A stretch of DNA of 64,000 bases from an uncultured Pirellulaceae bacterium (GTDB taxonomy: Bacteria; Planctomycetota; Planctomycetia; Pirellulales; Pirellulaceae), in NCBI GenBank assembly GCA_964460665.1, contig CAYWSL010000001.1, forward strand, positions 24,032 to 88,031, given 5' to 3'. This document shows, in pieces, positions 18,901-30,900 of this stretch. The notes below the pieces were generated by a model. It did not search any database. It saw nothing but the letters and a program-made list of their open reading frames with translations, and was not told the origin of the DNA. The first letter of the stretch is position 1. Every line of letters begins with the position of its first letter. The position numbers and the translations under genes were made by a program.

Positions 18901-21900
18901 TCAAAGGATCCGGTTCAAGTTGACCGCTAAACAACGAAAACGTTTCGCCGCCCGTCGTGCTAACGTCGTTAACCAGGTAATTGAACGAATCCGAAACGCC
19001 CTGCGTGTTGTTGTAGTCTGCTGGCGGTGTGTACTCCAAGCCAATCACATCACCTGAACCGTCAGTAACAGCAACAAGCGTTCCACCTAAGTCGGTTTGT
19101 GTCGGGAAGTTGAACAATTCCAGCACTTGCGATCCACCATCGGCTGCAGACACCTCGTTGGATGGACCAACCTCGAACAAGTCCAGCAATCCAATCGGAG
19201 CGAATCCAGCTCCAGTCGGGGCGCTGAGCGGAATCAGATACGGCGAAGCGACGCCATTAGAATCCGTGTTGTCCTCAGTCAGTGTGTATGTCACCTCACC
19301 GTTGCCAGCAACAGAATAGGCTGCATCAGGAGACGCCGAATCACTCGTGTTCAACACAGAAGATCGAATTTGTGGAGCGTCATTGACTGGACGCACATTG
19401 ACCGTGAACGTGATAAGTTGGGTCTGCGGCACAAAGCCCGGTGTCAAGTTGTCCAGGTCTTCGACTCGCATGACGATCGTCGCCGAACCAATGACATCAG
19501 GACTTGGGTGAACCGACAAGACGCCGGATGAACTTACTGATGGGGCTTGCAAGAACAGTCCAGGCTGAACGGTCGATTGATCTGGCAAGTACGTGAAGAC
19601 GACGCTTTCACGCTGTAGTTCGTCCAGCGCTGTAGCAGGCCCTGGGAATACGTTGGTTGCAAAATCGGAAATCGAAGTTGCCAAGCTGTCATCGCGTTCC
19701 AGAATGTCGACCACGCTTTGGAACTGGAAACTTGGTGGATCGTTTACACTCGTCACTGTTAATTCTACCGTTGCAGGAGCCGAACGCTGATCTGGCAAAT
19801 CTAGTACGGTGTCCACACCCGTGTCATCTACGTCTCCGGATCCGACAAGGGTTGTCACTCCGTCGTCTGCCACGACGTAGTCGAACAATTCAACAGCTGC
19901 AAACGGAGTTCGCTGGTTGTAATCTTGGCCTGGTAGATAGGTGCCATCAACAAAAGCCCCACTACTAAAGTTGAACGTCAGCAAACCACCCGAGACGGTG
20001 TTCAACGTAAGCGTTCCGGTGCCATTGAGCCCGATGGATGGGTCAAACAAGTCATTCACGTCAATTGATTCATCGCCATCAGAGAATGCAACGACGCGAA
20101 GCGACTGTTCGTTTTCAACAAACGGTGCTGGAGGTAGTGTTGAAGCATCAATGGCAATGGCCGGATTCGCACCACCCAATAGATCGGCTGCCGTGAAGCT
20201 GACCAAAGTGTCTTCCACACCGCCGAACGAACGGTCAAATGCCCTGGGGGCGTCGTTAATCGGTTCGATCAGAATCGAAACCGTTGCCGTGTCTGGCCTG
20301 GGCGACAATTGACGAGTTCCATTGACGTCTTCGTCGACGCCTTGGTCGGCTACCTGATATTCAAACGTATCCAAGCCGAACCGATCCGCTGGCGCTTCAT
20401 AGAGCAAGTCTCCATTTGGCAGCAGCGTCACGGTTCCGCCTAAAGCTGTTGTGAATACGGTGTTAACGATCGTCAGGTTGGACGTGTCATTGATACCGCC
20501 TAATTCGTCACCAGCGCTCGTTGGTGCATTCGTATCGTTGCTCAGCAAAAATGCTGCTGGAATGACCAGCGCCGAATCTTCGACTGGATTGATTGACGAG
20601 AACGAATTCCAAATCGACGAAGTGCTGGTGATCAAATCGTCCGACGCGACAGGGTCATCATTTTGTGGTGTCACAAAAATCGATACGAGGGCCTGAACTG
20701 ATTCAGGAGGATTGGTGAACGTTCCACCTGTGGGTAGCTGAGCAATTCCATCATCCGTCAGCGTGTACGAGAACTGGTCGATGGTACGACCGCCACCGGT
20801 CCGCGGATTATCCGCGTTGAAGTCCGGGTTCGGCGTGTACTGGAAGTCGATCAAGTTATCGTTTGTGTCAAAGTTCACGGCATCAATCGTGCCATTGGTT
20901 GTCGGAAACGGGCCATTGGCTGCATTCGCTGCCGTCACGGTTTCCGCACCAATGTTCAGAGCTGTAACCGTTGTGGTTGCATCCTGATTGGATTCGTCAA
21001 ACGGGAATGGAAGCACTGGATTGGCGTGCCCAACCGATCCTGTTCGCAGCATATCGGCTGTAATTGTTATCGGTGTGTCTTCCAGCGTGACGAAACCTTG
21101 GTCGTTAGCTGCCGGGGCGTCATTGACAGGGTCAATCGTCAGAGTAGCCGTGGCGATGTCGAACTTGTTTTGGACAACCGATGTACCATCTACGGCAACG
21201 TTCACACCCTGGTCGACAATCAGATACTCAAACGAATCTGGTCCGAAGTAATCCAGCGGTGGTGTGTAGACCAAATCACCAGTCGCGGAATCCAACGACA
21301 CGGTGCCACCACGATTCGTCGTCAGCGGGAACGCACGGAATTCAGTTGGGAACTCTGGGTCTGCTGACGTATCGAAGAACGTGCCTGAAACCAAGAACTC
21401 GCCTAAGTCTGGTTGCCCGCCAAACTGATTCGATTCGAACGTTAGGTCACTGGCCACAAAGCCTTGCTGAATCCCACTAACGGTTCCCGTTGCGTATAGC
21501 AAGCTGTCGATCGTGTCAAAGTCGAAGTTGACCGCCGCAATCAATCGGTCAGTCGGATCGGGAGTAAACGGAATCCAGTTCGAGTCATTGTTGTACTCCC
21601 ACGTGAACCCGTTGAACCGAGCAGCAACCAAGTTGCTGCTGTTGATAACCCCTGGCAAGTTCACTGGTGGTGCCGCGGCAAAACGTGTGAAGACGTTCAG
21701 TTCGCTGAACAGGATGTAACCCGTTCCGGTGGCCGTATCGTCCACTGCGATTCCCGAATTGACTGCTCCGATTAACGTCGTGTTTGTTGCACCCTGTGCA
21801 GTCACTAAAGACACAGCTGTGTCGTTGATGCCCAAGCTCTCGTCATCATCTGCCTGCGTGCCGGCGAAGTCGTTCGACAACAAGAAAGCTGTTGGAATCG

Positions 21901-24900
21901 TAAACGGCGTGTCTTCCTGCAACGCAACACCAAACGTCGAACTGTCGATCACGTCGTTGGCTGCGGTCGGCGGATCGTTTTGCGGCTGAACCAGGATCGT
22001 TACGGTTGCATCAACGGTCTGTGGCAATGGCTGTGGAACCGCTGGGTTTCCATCCGCAAGCGTCGTCGCACCATCATCGGCAACGGTGAATACAAACTGA
22101 TCAAACGATGGGAAGCCGCCGGCGTCAGGGTTATCTCGGTTGTAATCTTCTGCGGGCTGATACGTGACACTCTCAACACCACCATTAAGCACAGTGATCG
22201 AGACCGTTCCTGATTGGACGAAACCAGTTCCGTCAGCCACGTGTGTCGGCGCCGTGTAGGTGCCGTCAATCGGCGTTGTTGGATCAAGTAGTTGCGACGC
22301 ATCCACTAGTGGCGTCAAAACACCTGTCGAATCAAAGACAGAGACCTGCGATACCTTCAATGCCTGTTCTGATTCGTTGAATGGGCTGGGCAGTGACGCC
22401 ACGTCGACATGCGGAGTCGCACCAGTCAGTAACTGAGCACTTGTGAGCGTAATTGCCGTTAGCGTATTGGTGTCACTTGGTTCCGTAGTCACCACCGACT
22501 GGCTTAACGCGGTCGGCGGATCATTTTCTGCTTCGATTGTCAGGGTGACCGTTGCCGCCCGGCTACTGCGAACCGGCAAGGCAACCAGCACGCCACCGAC
22601 TTCCACGTCCTGGGTTCCGGTGATTCGATAAGTGAAGGTGTCGGTTCCAAAAAAGTCCGTTGCCGGGTCATAGGAAAACGATCCGTCAGGATTGAATACC
22701 AACGTTCCGTTAGATACATCGCTTTCCAGGACATATTCAACACCAGCAGCGCCCGAAAGCACGTCGTTGGCTCCGACCGCGTTAGCCGCTGTCAGCGTAA
22801 ACGGATTGTCTTCAAACAGGCCGTCTGCGCGTCCAAACTGATCGTCGTCTGGTTCTGGCAATGCTGCGCGTGCGATGAACACGTTGTAGTCTTCGACTTC
22901 ACCACCGACCACCAAGCCGATTGGTGATGGATTGCCCGCATCGCTTAAGCGGAACCTTGCAAAAGTTGTTCCGGTACCGTTAACACTGTTGGACAAGAAA
23001 CTGATGTCGCTAGGAGTCGAAATCTGCAGTCGGTTCTCACCGTCTAATACCGGCTGGCCGACCACCACACGCTCGTTAGCGTCCAGGAAGTCTCCGTCGT
23101 TATTGAAGTCAATCCATAGATCCAAAATTCCGCCGCCAATCGTGCTAACGACCAATTCGGCGCCATCTGGTGACAAGGGATTCAGATAGCTAAGCACTTC
23201 GTTCGTTGCGGGATCAGTAAAGACACCATCGATCGTTGTTGATCCAATCGTCACCTGACCAATCGATGCACCGTCTTCATCGTCTGCACCTCGCAGTTCA
23301 AATTGCGTTGCACCTGACTGAGTTACAGTCGCAAGCAAATTTTGGCTTGGCAAAGCGTTTGCCACTGCGTCTGCCAACGAAGTCGTGATGTCGGCCAAGG
23401 TATCGCTTGGTGCGAATTCAACAGGAATACGGCCAACTGTCGCTGTGCCGCCCTGCGGAACCAATTCGAAGACAGCCAAGCGGCCTGACGCAGTGATTTG
23501 CAAATTGTCGTTCAGGCTCGGTAGAGCGGTAAGATCGACCGTCGTGACTCCGCCAACTGTGGTAATGGCGAATGGTCCGCTACTGGCTTCGCCCACATTG
23601 CCTTGGGCCGTGACTACCGAAGGCACATCATCAGATCCAACGCCTGCCGAGTCCGTTTCGCCATCGACGAACCGCCCCAATCGCGGGCTGCCGAAATCAA
23701 TGATCGCGTGCCGCGCACCATTGTCGCCAAACGCCGTTCCGTATGAATCGGGAGCATCGCCCAAATCAAGCTCAACGCCAGGCATGACGATCGTGAATCT
23801 TGTTTGTCCATCAGCGCGGTTTGGCTGCAGCAAATTACCGGCCAAATCAGAAACACCCTCAACCACTACTCCGTTAGCAAGCGTGGCCGGCTGGTTTTGC
23901 AGGATGATTTCGTAGACAGCATCGTTTCGCCATGTACCACTTGGCGGGCTGAAGCGAAGCGTGCGATTGGACGCGTTGTAGCCAATCACCACATCAAGCC
24001 CGGGGAACAACTGCCGTCCATTTTCTAGAATCGTTAGCTGATTCGGGGTGATCGTCGATGAATCGGGGCCGATGCCGGTGCCATCGCTGATCAGAATTTC
24101 GAAAAAGCTGAAGATACCGTCGGTCAACTGCAAGAACGTATCCTCGCGATCAATGTCAGCGTTCAACGCATCGTTGTCCGTTGGCACGATGATAATGGCT
24201 TCTGGTCCAGTGGTATCCGACCGATCCAAGGCACCAATATCGATATTGACGTTACCACCTTGCCCAGCTGCAGTCGAACCATCACGGCGAATTTGCCCAG
24301 CCAAGTCGACTTCTGTGACAACAATCGGACTCTCTGGAATTCCAACGGAGTCCTTCACGGCAACCAAGTTGGGTCGATCTGGCTGACTTCCAATGCCAAT
24401 ATCAATCAGGGCGCTTCCAGCTGCCGGATAGAAATTAGGACTTCCTGCAAATGGGTCGAATATTCCAATATTTGGATTCACAAACAAGTCACCAACTGGG
24501 TCAACGATCGCCTCGGTGCCCATTCCGATTCCCGTTGTGTTCGAGTCATCGTTGTTGTCAAAAACGGTTCCGCGAATCACGGTCGGGCCTTCATTCACGG
24601 CACTGATACCTACGTCGTTGTTTGCCACAACATTGTTGATCAGCGTAGGTGCTGCTCGGTTGGCAATCGCAATCCCGGTGCCGGTTGAACCGAAGACCGT
24701 ATTGTTGACGATCCTGGTAAACACATCCGGCCCACCTTGGGCAGGATTGCCAGACAACGAAATTCCAGTGCCATTACTGATCAACAAGTTGTTCTGCACG
24801 ACGGCCCCATGCAGGGTGCCTGCCCCAGACTGCAAGGTTGGTAAGCTCTGAGGAACACCTGGCTTGGGTCGATCACCCTCGTTAGGAGCTTTGTTCCCTG

Positions 24901-27900
24901 GTCCCGTATCGCCAGCGCGGATATCAATGGCCGTATCAGCGGAGAAACTGATGACGTTCGAGTCGATGATAAACTGGCCTTGATTACGCACGCTATTGCG
25001 ATCGCCATTGTCTTCGCCAAGCAAGAAATCAGTGCCGGACACGATTCCTCGCAAGTGGGGTGATCCAAACGTCGATGAACCGGTTGCAGTGGCTGCGGCG
25101 TATCCATGGAAGAAGATCATGCGATCGGTCGGATCGTTTAACAAGCCGCCAGAACTGGTTGCCTCAATTCCAAGAATCGCGCGGACCGATGGGGAGTTGA
25201 TCGCGTTGCGAATCAAATCTGCCACTTCTCCAACGGTATCGGAAGTCACGTAGTCAATCGCGACGCTAGTTGACGCGACTGGCGTGTTGGACAACGTCGT
25301 GTCGTTGAATTCAAAACGGATCGTTTCGAATCCGTTTGAAAGTTCAAACGAATCTCCGTCCACCAGCTGCGCACCACTGCTTTCAACCAAGGCATTGAAC
25401 GCTCCAGCTAGGCGTTCATTCAGACGCCACCCTTCGGTTCCTGCAACACCGACCCCTATACCACCAACTCGGTTATCGATGGGCGGTGCAAAGGGATCGA
25501 TAACCTCTAGTTTTCCAGTGTTATCTACGCCCAAGTACTCTCGGCCAAGACGCACTTCTAATTGATAGGCACCACTGGTCACTTCGGAGGACGGAAAATA
25601 CGGGTTCGCAACAAGGCCTGAACCCGCTGTACTATTAGTGACGCTTTCGCCTCGTTCGGCGAGTCCAATCACGATGTCATCGATGTAGACGCCGTTATTG
25701 CCACCTACTCCGATTGAACGCTGGCCAGCACGCAATAAATCTTCAACGCTACTTACACCCCCGTTGAAAACGCCAAGCTCTGATGCGGGCAAGATGTCGT
25801 TGCTCCCAACAGGCGCAGTCAATTCCCCCGCAATAATAGGAAGTGCTGTCTGCCTGACAGTCAAGTCGTAGATGCGAATCCCACTGGTGCCATCGATCAA
25901 TGGGAACGCAGCGGGGTTTGGTCCCAGATCGGCATAGTGAATCTGGTTGACGATTGCGTCGTGAATTTGTGCTTGAACTTCATTGGCAGTCATATCCAGT
26001 TCGATTTCAATTGCCGTGCTTAGAAGATCAACACCAGGCTGACTGAGAATGAATCCATCATTTGGGTCACCAAATGTGTAGGTTCCAACTGCTGTCACGT
26101 TTGTAAATCCAACCCAGTCGGGGTGGTCGCTACTCCGAACGACACTAGGACCAAACCTTGCCGCAACCCTGTCCGCAACATCCTCTGCAGAGTCGGTATC
26201 TAGAACCAAGACTTGATTCCCCGTAGGCGTACCACTTGAAATCAACTCAACGACTGTGCCACCTGGGCCAGCCAACGTGAGTGGAGCCCCGACATCCTGC
26301 CCAGCTGGTAATCGGACAACCAAGCCAAGGTCAAACTCAAATACTTCAGTCCGATCAAGCAGAACATCACCCTGGATACTCGTTAGAGCATCTGGCATTT
26401 CTCCACTAAGCTCAATGGTGTCGCCGTCAAGAATTTGATCTGCGTCAACGGCATAAATCTCGGTCTGGTCTGGCCGAGTTTCGCCAGCCGTAGAGAATTC
26501 GTAACGGATGGTGACATCTTCGTCGCCGGCCCAAGGGCCAAGGTCAATCCTGGCCTGTCGGAATCCTTCGCCATCAAACAACTCTTGAACGAAAACCTGA
26601 GTAGATAAGTCAGTGTATCCGCTGACGTCTGGCCCAAACTCATCAATGGTGCTGTTGAAGTTTCGACCAGCAATGTTGCCGACAACGTTGTTGGTCGCGA
26701 CCAACGCCCACTGTCCATCGCTGCCAGATACATAAACACGCAATGTATCCCGCGCCGACACCGAAGCGTCGCCAAGATTAGTATTTACGTTCTCGGTATC
26801 CAACAGGTAAGTGAAATACAGTGTCGGCAAATCATCGCTACTGAATCCCGACAAGTCCAAAGCGTTGCTTTGAACGGTCCCGTGAGCTCCGCCTAGGAAG
26901 TTGTATCCCGAGAAGTTCTGAAGATCCGAAGCTGCCAAGCTGTTGACTGGAACATCTGACACATGATTGAAATCCGTGTCCAACGAATCGAACCCGAATC
27001 GCAAACTTGCACCACCTCCCACATTTCCACGATCTTGCAATGCGCCCAGTCCATGGCCAGGGATGTTGTTCGATGTGTTCGAATTGTGCCAAAGTGTTTG
27101 ATCCAATGGGCTGAAGAAGAAACCTGCATATCCAGCACCCGCATTCGCTGTATCAAGCTGAATCGATTCCGCACCAAACTCAAAGACAGGCTCGGCCACA
27201 TTAACGCCATCAAAGGCGTCTAATCGGAATGCAAACAAGCGATCAGTGCCTGACTGAATACCAAAGTACAGGTCACTAATTCCAATCGTGTCATTCACAT
27301 CGGTATAGTTAGCTGGCCCCTTAGTTACCTCGTCAAAGATAAGCAGAGTTCCTTGCGAATCGTAAATCCCTGGTAGCGTTCCAAACGGTGTTGCTACGCT
27401 TGGATTCAGCAAGAGTTCCGTATCGCTTACCCTAAACCCTGTTGGCGAGGCGAAGGTTGGCACCGTGTCCACTTGCAAATCACCAGGGGAATAATCAGCA
27501 CCGTCCCCATCTGCGTTTATGTCAAAGCTCCAAACGGCCCCTTGATCGGTAAATGCAAGTAGCGATTGCCCGCCATTGATATCTGTCACTAGGCTATTCA
27601 CGATTCCAGCAGTCGTCGGCACTTGAATTTGCGCAATAACGTCTGTGCCCGCCCACGGGGCTTCAAGTGGAATGTTAAAGTTGGCGTCGTTTTGCAGCCG
27701 TGGGTCAAGTGGACTGGCGGACTGGAACCCAGCACGCATATCGGTTTGGTTTCGACTAACCGCTTGTCCTGTGTCAGGATCCAAAAGATAGATCAGGTTG
27801 TCTGCATTGATGTCTCCAGCAAAGCCACCAATGATGTCAGCACCACCGGCATTCGCGATCACCTGACTACCACGGAATTCGGTACGATCGGCCAACCCAT

Positions 27901-30900
27901 ACAGAAACGACGTCTCAGAAATTGTGTCGTTGTAGTACGCCAGACTTCTGAACTCCACGCCATCGCCGTCCAAGGAGACACGGTTCGAGTTTGTTGTGGG
28001 ATCAGCGTCACCGTTGTCGAAATTTTCGTATGTGACAATTTCGGTTGTCCCGATGTCAGTTAAGGTCCCGTTGGAATCGATGCTGTAAACCGTATTGGTA
28101 TTGTTATCGGTCAAGTTTGGGACGGTTGGGCGTTCGATAGCCAACGTAACATTGCGCGGACTCTGCGCAGCAGCACCAATCGCGTCCGTGCCCCGGTCAA
28201 TAATCGCGTCGTGACGTCCAGTGAATGGGTTGAAAATATTCAACTGTGAATTATCACCAGCCGAACCCTGACGCCCGAAGACGATCAGCGGCAGGTCACC
28301 GAATTGCCAGGGAATGATATTTCCAGACCCATCGTCCTGGAAGCCGACCTGCAGCGCAGCGGGGGTTTGAAATGGATTGCCCGTTGGAGAGTCATTCGGT
28401 ATGTCGAACCGATCATCAGTCACTCGAATCGCTGAATCGATGGGCTCCAGTCGAGCGTTTGGGTTGGCGGGATTGCTTAACGTGAATTGCTGCAAGTCTG
28501 GTGCCATTAACGAGTTGTTGGCAACAACGACTTGGTAATTGATATTCGGTAATAGTTCCAAAGGCCCGATGAACGGGTCTCTTGCGCCTTGTGAACCGCG
28601 TGAAAGGTCATCTTGTGTTGTGGCGGGCAGCCCTGGAATGAATGGTGTGATCCTATCATCGGCGATATTCGAATCGGTACCAATCGCGATCAAATTGTTG
28701 TTGCCATCGAACAAGTACAAATTTGTGTCAGGACGCGTCAGGCCATCAGAGTAGTCCACATCGAACACCAAACTTTGAGCATTCGTGGTTGGAGGAACTC
28801 CCGGAAGAGGTGGCTGCAACCCATCACGCCCCGTGCTGAATTGGAACGTGTCGGTCGTGCCCGAATTGCCAGAGATGGAAACTGCACCTTGGTCTGTGTT
28901 GGCGAACGATCCAATGTTAACTGTTCCGCCAGGATTGCTGGCGACCTCGCCAGCGATTGTTGAATGGATGGGTAGCCCGACGACGTCGATTGCTGTTGTT
29001 GCATAGCGAATGTCAGCGTAACGAACGACAGAACCAGCGAACTGGTCGACTTCCTGCAGGCGAATCTGCACTCGATAACCACCCTGTGTCAAACCACCGG
29101 TATCAAGACTGGCATCAATTCCGGCTTCTGTTGTCAGGTCGAAAGCGGCATTGTTGCTACGAACACGAACAAAGAATGTTTGCTGGGTTCCGGTTGTCCC
29201 CGGCAGCACAATTCGCAGGCCAGAGTCACCATCATTGGTGGTGTACAGATCCCGATACTCACCAGTGGCATTTGTTGGTGCGTTGTGATCTAGCCGCATT
29301 GGAAGCGCATGACCGTCACGGATAATCCCAGTGTCAGTGTATGTCAGCTCTCCATTGTTCGATTCCGTACGTGAGTCTTGGCTGAGGGCAAGAACGCGAC
29401 CGTTTCCGTCCAAGATTTCCAATACCGTATCCAGCTGTGGATCGGTTTCGTCAATATCGATCCAGACCAGCGTGCCCCCAAACCCTTCAAAGCTATACAG
29501 GTCTTGGTCGTTGTTGTCCGCAATAGCGCCGTGAACGGTATAGCCAAGTCGAATTGTCTCGTCGCCGGATTCTGCATTGGGCGCCAGAATCCCCAGATCT
29601 TGCTGGCTACCGATCGTTGCATTCAGGTCGCCAAAGCCACCAATTTCGCCTTCATTTTCAATCACAACACTAATGTTTTGGTCGTGGCTGAACTCGTCAA
29701 ACTTCAATCCCTGCCAATCACCTGGCGCAGGGGTATTGGGCGTATTGGATGAAAGCGTCTGTGTTTGCACGCTGCCATCGGGCGCAAACGATGCTCCCAC
29801 CGTATCGTCATTGATCGAAGTCAGAATCACGGGGAAACCTGGCTGTCCTAAGACATGCAGACGTCCACCAATTCGGTCTGTGATATCAAGTGGGCGACCG
29901 GTCGCCAGAATTTCGGCATTGTCAAACTTGACGACCAACGACTCAGTCGCACTACTTTCCAACCGCAATCCACCGTAGGTGTGGAAATCGGGAATCTCGA
30001 TATCGTTTCGTAGCACGTGGACAATATCGGTATCATCCCAAACGACTTCGGTGGTCAGCACCTCGCCGCGAACGACCAAGCCATTGACGCCATTTCCAGC
30101 GGTTTGGTTGCCACGAATAACCGGGCCCGTGTTGGCAGGCGGGATATCGAACGTGTCGATATCGCCAGTTTGTCGACCAAGGTCACGATTGAATGTGGCA
30201 TTCAATGCGTTGACGTTGATGTCAATGGTCGCCCCAGCATTGTCCAGAAAGGTGTTGCCAACGATCGTGGGCTGCGTTCCTGTCACGTGAATCGTCGCAG
30301 CCGAGTTTCGAACAAAATCACTGCGTGAATTCAATTGCCCGCCACCTAGTCCGCTGGCGTTGTCACGCAAAACGCTGTTTGCAATTCGCGCGTCGGCTTG
30401 GTGGATTTGAATCGCATTGAAGGCAGCGGTACCACCACCGGCGCCAGTGATGCCACCAGCATAGGCCAGCAGCGCCCGGTCAATGCTTAGCGCACTGGTT
30501 GGTGAAGCATAAATACCGCCCCAATCTCCGGCGGCTTCTGTCGTTGCATCGCCATCTCCGTTGGTATCAAACGTACCACCAGCACCAAACTCGTCATCAT
30601 TTCGCGACGTCAGGATCACTTCATTGCCCGCGACACCCTCGGCAATCAAATTGGCTCCAAACCCAAGCTCAATCCGCGCACCTTGCGACTTCAGAATCGT
30701 ACCTGGATCCAGGACAAGGCTACCCGCAACATTACCGTGGCGAACAGAACCAACACTGGGATCTAGTACAGCTGCTGAGGTACTTGGGGTAGCCAGATTG
30801 TCAGTAAAGTCGGGTGAAGTCCGATCCAGTTGAGCAACGAGTTCGAAACTACCGCCACCAACACTTCGGTACAAACGTCGCCCAACGAAGTCGCCAGTCG

